Source of the DNA: Pseudomonadota bacterium
Lineage (GTDB): Bacteria; Desulfobacterota; Desulfobacteria; Desulfobacterales; RPRI01
Length of the DNA stretch: 64,000 nt
Assembly: GCA_043825875.1 (NCBI GenBank)
Contig: JBDRRF010000111.1
Span: 1-64,000, forward strand
Direction: 5' to 3'
Below the pieces are notes generated by a model. That model had not been told where the DNA came from. It searched no databases and worked only from the letters and a program-made list of their open reading frames with translations. The position numbers and the translations under genes are program-made. Shown here one piece after another: positions 39,694-48,657 of the stretch. The stretch's first letter is position 1. The number at the start of each line of letters is the position of its first letter.

Positions 39694-41688
39694 TCAACCT
39701 TTAGTTGGTTTGGCGCCTATCCAGTAACCTGCGGGGTAGTCCGTTGATTTTGGGAAAGGCCTGTAAGGAAGCTCTATTGCCAGAGCCAAAATATGGTCAT
39801 CAATTATTAGCAACAAGTTCTGATCTATTAAAAACTTTACCGCCTTATCAAAATCATTGTTTGAAGCCCCCTCCTTATTAATAAATGTTTTCCTCAATAC
39901 ATCAATTTTTTGAGCCGCATCGCATGCCAGATATATTTTTGCCTCTAGTCCATCTAATTCGTAAATGGTACGAACTGCAACCGGACGGGTATCAATAATA
40001 TATACAACTGAAGACTTTCTTACAATCAGCAGTTCAGGACGATCAGGCTCTTTTCCCCAGAAGAGATTGTTCCATTCTTTTACTGCTCTTTTGACTTTGT
40101 GCAGTCCGGTTCTGGAATTCGTTCCAATAAGGGCAGATAAGATGGGATCATTGTCACGTTTTCTGCGTTTTACATCTTCAAAATAGCTGGATAAATCTAT
40201 TAACTCTTTTTCAGGCAGGCCATAATTGAAAGCAATCAGTGGGTATGGTTTAAGATCCAGCTTGTAGCGGTCTGCATGCCAATAATAATCACTATATCTG
40301 TCATACCTAACCTGATTTACGGAATCCGGTGGCTCCAGGTGAAACAACAGGGGGATAATCTTTGCCATTTCATCATACCATTCATCTTTTTCATCCGGAA
40401 AATCAAACATGATTTTCCAGACGGAACGAATGCCATACTGGCGAGCCCACTTGAGATACTGTATGTTTTGCCAGGCAAAGGTGCCCTTTTTCATAAGGTG
40501 AAGTATTTTACTATGCAGACTCTCAATACCCGGTTGTGTCCAGATGACGCCACCCTCCGACATAATCTTGATATCATCCCGTTTAAGGGTTGTCCGGACC
40601 TCATAAAATATCCGGTATCTACTACCCTGGCAGATAAATTGCTTAAAAAGATCCGGAACATGTGAGGAATGTAACGCATTATCTACAGCCTCTATCCTGT
40701 CTATGTTGTAGCGGTCATGCAATTTTGCTATTTCATTAACGACTTGTTCTACCGGTTTTGCTCTTTGTCCGTCATTTCTTCCGTTCAAACCACAGAACCT
40801 GCATTTTCCCCAGAAGCAACCCCGCGATGTTTCAACAGGCAGGCAGGATACAAGCGTTCGCTTCAATTCCGGAAAACCGGCGAGTGTTGTAAAATACGCA
40901 TCATAATCAGGAGGCGGAATGTTTTTTAGAGATGACAAGGTGGCCCTCGGGAAGGGATCAGGATACAGGCTTGCTTCCTGACAGGCTTTCGGATAGCCTT
41001 TTATCCTGTGTAAAGGGGCAAAAACGCCTTGGGGGATCTCATCCGGGGGTACATCGGCCCCATTCCCTAAGATAGTTTTGACGAGAGGTACTATTAACTC
41101 ATCAGCCTCACCGCTTACTACATAATCCACAAATATAAAATTTTTGTGGGTCGCTACCCCCATGGTGGTTTCGCAATTTGCGCCACCCATCAATGTAACG
41201 ATTTCGGGGCATTTTTCCCGCACCCTTTTAAGCAATGCAAGGCTTGGCAGGTGTTGCTGGAAAGTGGAAGAACACCCGACCATGCGCGGATTTTCTGCGG
41301 CAATACGGTCTGCAATCTCTTCAATATAGCTTTTCGCTGTTTTTTTGACAGCGCGAAGCCGATCCCGAAATGTATCCGGCGGTATATAAGCTGATAACTT
41401 CAACTCTTCGATTAGTTTATCAAGATATATTTCATCAGTATCGGTTTTATCCTCAAATACAAGACTTGAAAAAACCCAATCGGCTATCCCGAATGTGGAA
41501 GATGATTTTTCAATCATCACATAATCTTCTACTTTAACATGGTCACATAAAAGAAGATTGCCATAAAGGATTTGAACCTTGATTTCACTTGATGCCAGAA
41601 TGGAAGAAAGTATTCCAAGTGCCAAGGATGGCCGCTCAAGAGCAGCAAAAGGCATGTTCACCAGAATTATATCACTTGAAATTTTAAT
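39694..41688 (-). CDS. B12-dependent radical SAM RiPP C-methyltransferase (PoyB/C-like) #2; start uncertain
   Basis: VNMPF..PSLALG; TFQQ; GGANC; SGEAD; SRGCFWGKCRFCGLN; QPGIES; frame open upstream of GTG 41661 to 41688. Confidence 0.85.
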   Translation of the reverse strand: MKISSDIILVNMPFAALERPSLALGILSSILASSEIKVQILYGNLLLCDHVKVEDYVMIEKSSSTFGIADWVFSSLVFEDKTDTDEIYLDKLIEELKLSAYIPPDTFRDRLRAVKKTAKSYIEEIADRIAAENPRMVGCSSTFQQHLPSLALLKRVREKCPEIVTLMGGANCETTMGVATHKNFIFVDYVVSGEADELIVPLVKTILGNGADVPPDEIPQGVFAPLHRIKGYPKACQEASLYPDPFPRATLSSLKNIPPPDYDAYFTTLAGFPELKRTLVSCLPVETSRGCFWGKCRFCGLNGRNDGQRAKPVEQVVNEIAKLHDRYNIDRIEAVDNALHSSHVPDLFKQFICQGSRYRIFYEVRTTLKRDDIKIMSEGGVIWTQPGIESLHSKILHLMKKGTFAWQNIQYLKWARQYGIRSVWKIMFDFPDEKDEWYDEMAKIIPLLFHLEPPDSVNQVRYDRYSDYYWHADRYKLDLKPYPLIAFNYGLPEKELIDLSSYFEDVKRRKRDNDPILSALIGTNSRTGLHKVKRAVKEWNNLFWGKEPDRPELLIVRKSSVVYIIDTRPVAVRTIYELDGLEAKIYLACDAAQKIDVLRKTFINKEGASNNDFDKAVKFLIDQNLLLIIDDHILALAIELPYRPFPKSTDYPAGYWIGAKPTKG

Positions 41689-41722
41689 TTATTCACCTCT
41701 TTTTTAAACTGGCTCTTTTGCC

Positions 41723-43768
41723 TCAGATATAATATTGCATATTGTCTATCAGAACATTTCCATTTTTGTTGCAAACATCTTCGCACAGTTCCTCTTGTGC
41801 CGGATTAAAAAGCCCAAGAGGACAGTCCTCCACTTCGGATAGGGGATTTATTTCTTCATCAAAAGCAAGCGATAAAATCCTGTTGTCAATTTTAAGCATG
41901 ATTTTACTATTCAGCATATAATCGATAGCCGAATCGAATTTTTGTGCTGAGAAACCATCGGCTTTATATAATTTTCTTAATTTATCCGGATTTTTTGCAG
42001 CATCACATGCCAGGTATATTGAACTCTGAAGTTCATCTAACTCAACAGATATGTTATTGGTTACGGGACGTGTATCAACGATTTTGACTATCGGATTTTT
42101 TTCCTTAATGAACAGAGCAGGCCTTTCATAATTCTTATCCCAGAAATTAGTTCTCCACTTGCGAATGGCATTTCTTACCATTTCCAACCCATTTCGTGAT
42201 CTTATTCCTATTAAATTGGCAAGTAAGGGAGTGGCCTCTTTCTGGGAACGGTTTGAATCTTCAAAAAAATATGTTTGGGCCATTAAATCAGCAGGCTTTA
42301 GCCTGTAAACCATGCCATAGGATTTAAAAGGTTTCAGCTCCAGATCGAAGTTATCCGGGTGTTTGCAATATTCGCTGTAGCGATCAAATCTAACCTGGTT
42401 TATGGCATCCGGCGGTTCCAGATGAGATAGCAAGGGGATAATTTCAGCCATTTCCTCATACCATTCATCTTGTTCATCAGGAAAGCCAAACATGATTTTC
42501 CATACAGACCGGATTCCATATTGACCGGCCCATTTCAATAATTGTATGTTTTGCCAGGCAGATGACCCCTTTTTCATTATATCAAGCACCTTGCTGTGAA
42601 GGCTCTCTATCCCGGGCTGAATCCAGTTTACTCCCGCTGTATGCAACAACTCAATGTCTTTTCGTTTAAGGAAAGTCCGAACCTCATAGAATATCCTGTA
42701 TTTTTTGGACTGCTTTGTCAGTTTGTCAAATAAGTCCGGCAGATGTTTAGGATGCAATACGTTATCTACCATATCTATACGATCAATGCCGTAACGTTTT
42801 GCCAATGTATTAATTTCAGCAAGTACTCTTTCAGCGGGTTTTATCCGCTGGCCGTCCTTAGACCCGTTCAGGCCGCAAAAACGGCATTTACCCCAGAAAC
42901 ATCCGCGGGAGGATTCTACCGGCAGAGATGAAATAACCGATTTCTTTAACTCCGGCATAGAGTTTAACGTCGCAAAATAATCATCATAATCCGGTATGGG
43001 TGATTTGCTCAGATTTTGAGAATCGGCACGAGGGTAGCCATCTCCGGAATTATCCTTGTTTATTCCAGGATAGCCCGACCGGCGGTGAAGCGGTGCAAAA
43101 ACCCCATAGGGTATTATTTCAGCGGGTATGTTAATTCCATATTTTATGATTGCCTCAACGAGCGGTTTTATCAGGTCATCAGCCTCTCCGCTTACAACAT
43201 AATCAATGAAATCGAAATTTTTGTGGGTTGCCACTCCCATTATAGTCTCGCAATTGGCGCCTCCTATCAATGTAATGATATCGGGGTTTCTTTCCTTTAC
43301 TGTTTTAAGAAGTGCGAGACTTGCTAAATGCTGCTGAAATGTAGATGTGCATGCCAGGATGCGCGGTTTTTCTGAAAGAACAAGCCTTGCAATTTCTTCA
43401 ACAAAAGCTTCTCCCGCTTCCCTGATTGTTAAGATACGTTGCTTAAAAGTGGCTTTGTCCAGACGTTTGAAAAGAGGAACATTGTCTATCAGAGCGTTTA
43501 TATAGTCATCGGAATTTTCATTTGTTTCCGGAAACACCTTCCCGGAAAATATCCAATCCCCAAAGGAGTTTTCAGGCGGGATCTTTTCTACGAGAATATA
43601 GTCTTGTTTTTTGATGGTTTTCAGAAACAGGATGTTGGCATAAAGGTTGGTAACATTGATATTGCCGGCTCTAAGCAAAGACGAAAGAATGCCCAAAGCA
43701 AGTGATGGCCTTTCTATTGCAACAAAAGGCATATTTACCAGCATTATATCAGTTTGTCCTTTAATCAT
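41723..43768 (-). CDS. B12-dependent radical SAM RiPP C-methyltransferase (PoyB/C-like) #1
   Basis: Same motifs as its neighbouring paralogue. Confidence 0.88.
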   Translation of the reverse strand: MIKGQTDIMLVNMPFVAIERPSLALGILSSLLRAGNINVTNLYANILFLKTIKKQDYILVEKIPPENSFGDWIFSGKVFPETNENSDDYINALIDNVPLFKRLDKATFKQRILTIREAGEAFVEEIARLVLSEKPRILACTSTFQQHLASLALLKTVKERNPDIITLIGGANCETIMGVATHKNFDFIDYVVSGEADDLIKPLVEAIIKYGINIPAEIIPYGVFAPLHRRSGYPGINKDNSGDGYPRADSQNLSKSPIPDYDDYFATLNSMPELKKSVISSLPVESSRGCFWGKCRFCGLNGSKDGQRIKPAERVLAEINTLAKRYGIDRIDMVDNVLHPKHLPDLFDKLTKQSKKYRIFYEVRTFLKRKDIELLHTAGVNWIQPGIESLHSKVLDIMKKGSSAWQNIQLLKWAGQYGIRSVWKIMFGFPDEQDEWYEEMAEIIPLLSHLEPPDAINQVRFDRYSEYCKHPDNFDLELKPFKSYGMVYRLKPADLMAQTYFFEDSNRSQKEATPLLANLIGIRSRNGLEMVRNAIRKWRTNFWDKNYERPALFIKEKNPIVKIVDTRPVTNNISVELDELQSSIYLACDAAKNPDKLRKLYKADGFSAQKFDSAIDYMLNSKIMLKIDNRILSLAFDEEINPLSEVEDCPLGLFNPAQEELCEDVCNKNGNVLIDNMQYYI

Positions 43769-43861
43769 ATTCCAATCCTTGATTCAAAATTACTCATAAT
43801 CGGGATTGCCTTTACAGATACTGGTTCAAGATTAAGCCTGGCCGGTCTTGTATTGGTGAGT

Positions 43862-45277
43862 TTATAAGGCATCGTCAAAAATTCCGTTTTGAAAAATTGA
43901 TTGCAAAGTTGCGATGACCGCAAAATAATCTGCGCCGGAGGCAAGCAGTTTCCTGTTAATTTCCATCGTATTCATCTCACCTGATGCGATCATATCACCC
44001 ATCTCCTTTAAAAAATCATGCCCCGAAAAACTTGTTTCCCTATACTTTGAACTAAAACATATCCCATCATTTGTAGAATGGTATTTCAGGTCCTGACGCA
44101 ACTTCAGTACCTTGTCATTTTCAAGATTCGATGAAATATTTTCGGAAACGACTTTCTTTAATATTTGACGGAAATCATCCCCATTTATAAATGTTCCTTC
44201 AAAAAATACTTTATAGCCTGAAGGCCATTTTTCGGAAGCGGGGCAGGGACTGATCAGTTTGATCTTTTTGGTTGCCATGTTGACAACAAAGCCGCTCATA
44301 CAGGCAATTGTACTACCATCGGCTGTTACGGTTGGATCAGCGTTTGAATACAGGTGACGTCCCGCTCTGGCTTTTTTTAGATATAACGGTTTGTTATAAA
44401 GCAATAGTCTGGCATTTACCAATTCTTCCGGGGTGAAATTATCATGAACACGCCTGAGCATAGAGGTTGAGAGAACCGAAAACCGTGTCGAAATGGCATG
44501 AAATCTATTTTGCATATTCAACAGTTCGCGCGTTATCTGCACATTGCGCAAGGGTGCAGCAGTTGTGGTTTGGGGCAGTTCCCCGATAATTTCATGAAAA
44601 TCCTTTATATAATCCAGATAATGTGGATTATCCATAGGCTCGGTAGCCCAGTAGCATACGGATGTCTGACAGGCATCTCCAAAAAGGTCTAACACGGCCT
44701 CCAGCACTGAGCGCCATAATTTTGTATTTTGTTCCGTTCGTTCAAATGCACCCTTGAAATCCTTGGCGGATACACCACAGAAAGGACAGCCCATCGAACA
44801 GCCGTCACTTAATTCAAAGGCAAAAAGAGGATAACTGAATATTTTGGAATGTCCTCCCAGTTCGCTCTCACACCTTTTGCTTTGACGCTGCCGCCAGGCA
44901 TGGAAGCGCGGCTGTTTTTCCGGAGTATCGCCATGTGACCGCATAAGTTCATTTGCATCACAGATTCCCGTAGTCCATTGTGCCCACATTTTGGCAAGAG
45001 GACTGTCCCCCATATCTTCGGCAAGAAGCGGCAGAGGATCGCCCCTATCCCATACGGAGGCCAGGTCCTGAGGGTCAATATCCGCCCCGCATCCGCGGGC
45101 AAATTCCTTTCCTTTGCCGGGGTCTTTTCTTAAGGCATCAAGGAATTTACTATCACCATAAATGCGTTCGATAAGGCGCTTGGTATGAGCAATGGTTTTT
45201 AATTCAACCTCGCTTAATGCAGATAATTTATCTCGGAACAGTTTAAAAACCGATTCGTTTATTTTATTGGATACCAT
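43862..45277 (-). CDS. Radical SAM peptide epimerase (PoyD/OspD-like)
   Basis: AWRQRQ..RC; FELSDGCSMGCPFCG; YWATEPMDNP; PQTTTA; TIACMSGF; GAGAGGA RBS before ATG 45277. Confidence 0.88.
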   Translation of the reverse strand: MVSNKINESVFKLFRDKLSALSEVELKTIAHTKRLIERIYGDSKFLDALRKDPGKGKEFARGCGADIDPQDLASVWDRGDPLPLLAEDMGDSPLAKMWAQWTTGICDANELMRSHGDTPEKQPRFHAWRQRQSKRCESELGGHSKIFSYPLFAFELSDGCSMGCPFCGVSAKDFKGAFERTEQNTKLWRSVLEAVLDLFGDACQTSVCYWATEPMDNPHYLDYIKDFHEIIGELPQTTTAAPLRNVQITRELLNMQNRFHAISTRFSVLSTSMLRRVHDNFTPEELVNARLLLYNKPLYLKKARAGRHLYSNADPTVTADGSTIACMSGFVVNMATKKIKLISPCPASEKWPSGYKVFFEGTFINGDDFRQILKKVVSENISSNLENDKVLKLRQDLKYHSTNDGICFSSKYRETSFSGHDFLKEMGDMIASGEMNTMEINRKLLASGADYFAVIATLQSIFQNGIFDDAL

Positions 45278-45321
45278 TATTCCTCTCAAAAAAAGATAAT
45301 GAACTACCCGCCGTAAAGCAG

Positions 45322-45352
45322 AGCGAGATTACCATCAAATGGTAATCCCGCT
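45322..45352 (-). terminator. Stem-loop between precursor genes and epimerase
   Basis: Minus-strand RNA AGCGGGAUUACCAU-UUG-AUGGUAAUCUCGCU; 14-bp stem, single mismatch is a G-U pair on the sense strand. Confidence 0.65.
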
Positions 45353-45381
45353 ATCCTATTAATCCATAATAACTACAGTGA

Positions 45382-45660
45382 TCAAATAACTCCTACGCAG
45401 ACCGTAACAACAACCCCTGTGACCGTAACGGCTGTGGCATTGCCGGCACCGCCTGCTACCTTTTCGAGATCGTCATCACTTAAGCGGCTCTTGGCCTCTT
45501 CCGCAAATTTCGTCAACTCATCTTTGCTGAATTTATAGCCGTTTTTATTTGCAATAGACACGATTTTGTCCATATCCGAACCTGCAGCAGCTAATTCATC
45601 CTGAAGGTTCTTCTTCCCCTTGACTTCTGTCTGAAACCTCTTAATTTCTTCATTGCTCAT
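45382..45660 (-). CDS. Nif11-type leader RiPP precursor A2; core AGNATAVTVTGVVVTVCVGVI
   Basis: MS.EEIKRF...IA.K.GYKFS..EL...LSDDDLEKVAGG double-glycine leader; GGAG RBS. Confidence 0.92.
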   Translation of the reverse strand: MSNEEIKRFQTEVKGKKNLQDELAAAGSDMDKIVSIANKNGYKFSKDELTKFAEEAKSRLSDDDLEKVAGGAGNATAVTVTGVVVTVCVGVI

Positions 45661-45716
45661 ATCATATCTCCATTTGATTGTTATTGATTACGAGTATTGC
45701 AATCCGGTGATAGACT

Positions 45717-45980
45717 CTATATTGCTGCACCGGCTAGTACTGATACAACGGCGCCGCCTGCTACCTTTTCAAGATCGTCATCACCCAGCGCACCGTCTGC
45801 CTGGCTTGTTTTTTTGGCATCGATTGCGGCTTGAAGCTCTTTCTGTGTGAATTTATAGCCGTGCTTATTGGCACGTTCTACAATTTTAGCCAAGTCACTG
45901 CCGACTTCCACAAGTTCCTTTTGAAGTGCCTTGTTTTTATTTGCTTCGGTTTGGAATCTTTTGATTTCTTCTGCGCTCAT
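45717..45980 (-). CDS. Nif11-type leader RiPP precursor A1; core AVVSVLAGAAI; start moved to MSAEE
   Basis: Paralogous leader ending LGDDDLEKVAGG; AAGGA RBS. Confidence 0.9.
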   Translation of the reverse strand: MSAEEIKRFQTEANKNKALQKELVEVGSDLAKIVERANKHGYKFTQKELQAAIDAKKTSQADGALGDDDLEKVAGGAVVSVLAGAAI

Positions 45981-46096
45981 TTTTATTTTCCTTTTTTTAG
46001 ATGTTGATATTTGTGTTGCATCCATAAGATCGTAACAAGGAGCAACAGTGGGTGTAAAAGCTCTAATTATGTTTAGATATTTTTATCACCTCCTTT

Positions 46097-47290
46097 TTAT
46101 TTATACAGGTTTGATGTTTTCAGGGCCTTTTGGAGATATACAGGTGCATCTTTTGAGGCCAGCTCTTCAAGAGTCAGTAAAGTCAGTGCCAGAAAAATAT
46201 CGGTTCTGTGATTAACATTGTCAGATCCATGCATAAATGCCCTGTCAAAGTGCTCTAAATTTTCAGCCGCATATTTTGCAAGTTTCTGGAGTATTTTAAA
46301 AGCGCCGTCCGATAGCGGCGGGGACCCCCGGTAATTTTCAATCCTGCCCCCTTTCCGGTATTCGGGGAAATTTTCCAGACCGAGAAAGCAAAGGAACCAG
46401 TCTGCCCGAAAGTGCCCTATCGCCGCTGTAATCCCCATATAGTCGGCGATCAATTCGTCTAACAACCGGCTGCGCATGGAAGAGAGAACGTGCCGTGTGA
46501 AGTAGTGGGCGCACTCATGGTCACGCCGGATTATAATCGACAAACGTATCCAGTCTTCTTCGGATAGCCCCATTGCTTTGGCCGGTATGCCGCTGTAATG
46601 GCCGTCGCTAATGATGATAAACCGGTCCTGGTAAAGATCCTTTTGCAAAACGAGACGTTTAAATTCTTCATTCCAGCTTTCTCCGGAAAAATCGAAAGGT
46701 TTATCAGCTTCCCATCTTTTGCGATACCTGCCAACCCTGTCCCAGTTATTGTATCCGGCTATCATGATTGCACCCATGGATTCGGGGATAGGGGCAGGCT
46801 CGTTTTTTTCGGTTAGGGCCTGAACAAGGGCTACAAAATCTTCTCTGGCAGCCGTGATAATGATGGGCACTCGTCCGGCCGCCGTTTGGTGCAGGTTCAA
46901 TCTGAGGTCTTCAGGTTTTTTTAACTTCAGGCCGGTTGCCTGTGAGATTTCTTCAGGATGGATGCCCTTATTCGTGACAGATTTGTAGAATTCCTTTTTG
47001 CTGATTCCCTTTTGAATGGGAAACCAGAGCTGCACCAGCGGGATTTTCAGGGAATCAAAAATGCCTTTGACATCGGCAGATGACAAGTACTCTTCCCAGG
47101 CTAAAATATGAGGCTTATCAGGTAGTGGCAGGTTAAGAGGTAGTGCCAAACTGCTGTGGTCAAACAGGTTCTCGTTATATTTAAGGAGTTCATCTCTCTC
47201 ATTGGGTTTTGCTCCCAATGATATGAGTACAGAATACCGAAAATGGATACGGCTTTTTGCAAAAGAGTTTGTTTTACTGGCTGGTGACAT
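46097..47290 (-). CDS. Uncharacterised HExxH protein (DUF7005-like by recall)
   Basis: GYNNWDR; IRRDHECAHY; DELIADYMG; GGRIENYRG; overlaps SBP gene end. Confidence 0.6.
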   Translation of the reverse strand: MSPASKTNSFAKSRIHFRYSVLISLGAKPNERDELLKYNENLFDHSSLALPLNLPLPDKPHILAWEEYLSSADVKGIFDSLKIPLVQLWFPIQKGISKKEFYKSVTNKGIHPEEISQATGLKLKKPEDLRLNLHQTAAGRVPIIITAAREDFVALVQALTEKNEPAPIPESMGAIMIAGYNNWDRVGRYRKRWEADKPFDFSGESWNEEFKRLVLQKDLYQDRFIIISDGHYSGIPAKAMGLSEEDWIRLSIIIRRDHECAHYFTRHVLSSMRSRLLDELIADYMGITAAIGHFRADWFLCFLGLENFPEYRKGGRIENYRGSPPLSDGAFKILQKLAKYAAENLEHFDRAFMHGSDNVNHRTDIFLALTLLTLEELASKDAPVYLQKALKTSNLYK

Positions 47291-48428
47291 ATTTGAAACT
47301 TCCGTTTTTCACAATTTTTATGGAGATGTCCATGTCCACAATATCGCCGTTTTGGGCAAAGGTGTGAGACCCTGTTACCCCATCCCATTTTTTAAGTTTG
47401 TGAAGCTCATCGGCAATCTTTTGGGGGACGGTGGACTTTGCCTTTTTAATGGCGTATACAAGCAGGTTCACGGTATCATACCCTTGAGCGGCTGAAGAGT
47501 CGGGTTTCACTTTGTATTTTTCTGAAAAATTTTGGATAAAATCATGTGCTTTTTTTATTGGAACTTCCGTATGGAATACTGATCCCACATAGGTATTCTC
47601 GGCGCTCTTACCGGCGATATTGATTAATTCAGGAGTATCGAGCCCCTCTCCACCGATAACTGGAATCATGATACCCAATTTTCTTGCCTCTATCAGAAAA
47701 AGGGACACTTGGGGCGTGACACCGGCCAGAAAAATGGCATCAAAATGGAAATTTTCTTTCCAGTAGTATAAATCCTTTCTGAAAGTTCTTGAGCCGCTCA
47801 AAGAGTCATAATCCACTCGGTCAAGAATGGCTATTCCGGTTTGTTCCGCCTGCGTCTCAAAAGCATTGGCCAATCCCTGGCCATACTCATTATTGGAATG
47901 ATAAATCATCATGTTTTTATAACCCTGTTTTGCACAGAAATCGGCCAGTTCGCTGCCGAAAACGGCATCGCTCGGGATGTTCCGAAAAATAAGCTTAAAA
48001 CCCTGCTGGGTTAATTTGGGGCTTGTGGAACTGGGAGACAGCATGATAAGGCCGTAATACTCATAAATAACCGATGCCGGTATGGATACATAGGAATTAT
48101 AGTGCCCTATGACTGCAATTAGATCCTTATTTTCCGCAAATTGCTGGGCCACGATCTGACCCGCGGATACGGCAGCTTTATCATCTTTCTTGATCACCTG
48201 TATTTTTCGACCGAGTACACCCCCGCTACTGTTAATTTCCTGAACGGCGAATTCTATCCCATCCCACAAACCATCCTGTAGTTCGGACCATGGCGCAGCG
48301 GCTCCAATAATAATATCGCCGGTTGATTTATCGGCACGCCGGGCCCGTTCCTCGGCAAGGTTATCCGCTTGAGTGCAGGCCATCATTACGAAAAAAAGAA
48401 TTGCCGACCCGATGAGTTTTATTTTCAC
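47274..48428 (-). CDS. LivK-like ABC substrate-binding lipoprotein (no cognate permease in window)
   Basis: Lipobox MMAC; EINSSGGVLGRK; VIGHYNS; FRNIPSD; GYD. Confidence 0.85.
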   Translation of the reverse strand: MKIKLIGSAILFFVMMACTQADNLAEERARRADKSTGDIIIGAAAPWSELQDGLWDGIEFAVQEINSSGGVLGRKIQVIKKDDKAAVSAGQIVAQQFAENKDLIAVIGHYNSYVSIPASVIYEYYGLIMLSPSSTSPKLTQQGFKLIFRNIPSDAVFGSELADFCAKQGYKNMMIYHSNNEYGQGLANAFETQAEQTGIAILDRVDYDSLSGSRTFRKDLYYWKENFHFDAIFLAGVTPQVSLFLIEARKLGIMIPVIGGEGLDTPELINIAGKSAENTYVGSVFHTEVPIKKAHDFIQNFSEKYKVKPDSSAAQGYDTVNLLVYAIKKAKSTVPQKIADELHKLKKWDGVTGSHTFAQNGDIVDMDISIKIVKNGSFKYVTSQ

Positions 48429-48515
48429 GATAGTGCCTCCTGCTGCTAACTCTCATACAAACCTTATCATATCCAAATGGAGTGAAATAATGAGAGTATA
48501 ATAAAAAAACTATGC

Positions 48516-48657
48516 GAGCCAGTTTCAAAACGCCCCAGCTTGGCCGATCTCTGCGTTGGGCTCAAATTTCAATCCTCGAAATACTCAATGTATTCCTGTG
48601 GTTGAAATTTTCTCCCGCCTTGAGCTTGACCAAGCTGAAACGTTTTGAAAGTGGCTC
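48516..48657 (+). mobile_element. MITE family A, full copy, TSD ATGC, inserted at the ABC gene stop codon
   Basis: 142 bp; ATGC on both flanks. Confidence 0.92.

Noticed and set aside
45681..45719. TAG read-through extending precursor A1
   Set aside because: Extension SLSPDCNTRNQ is unlike the core; no recoding evidence
46085..46095. Strong orphan SD (AAGGAGGTGAT) suggesting a third precursor
   Set aside because: No suitably spaced start codon; frame closes within a few codons; no leader similarity
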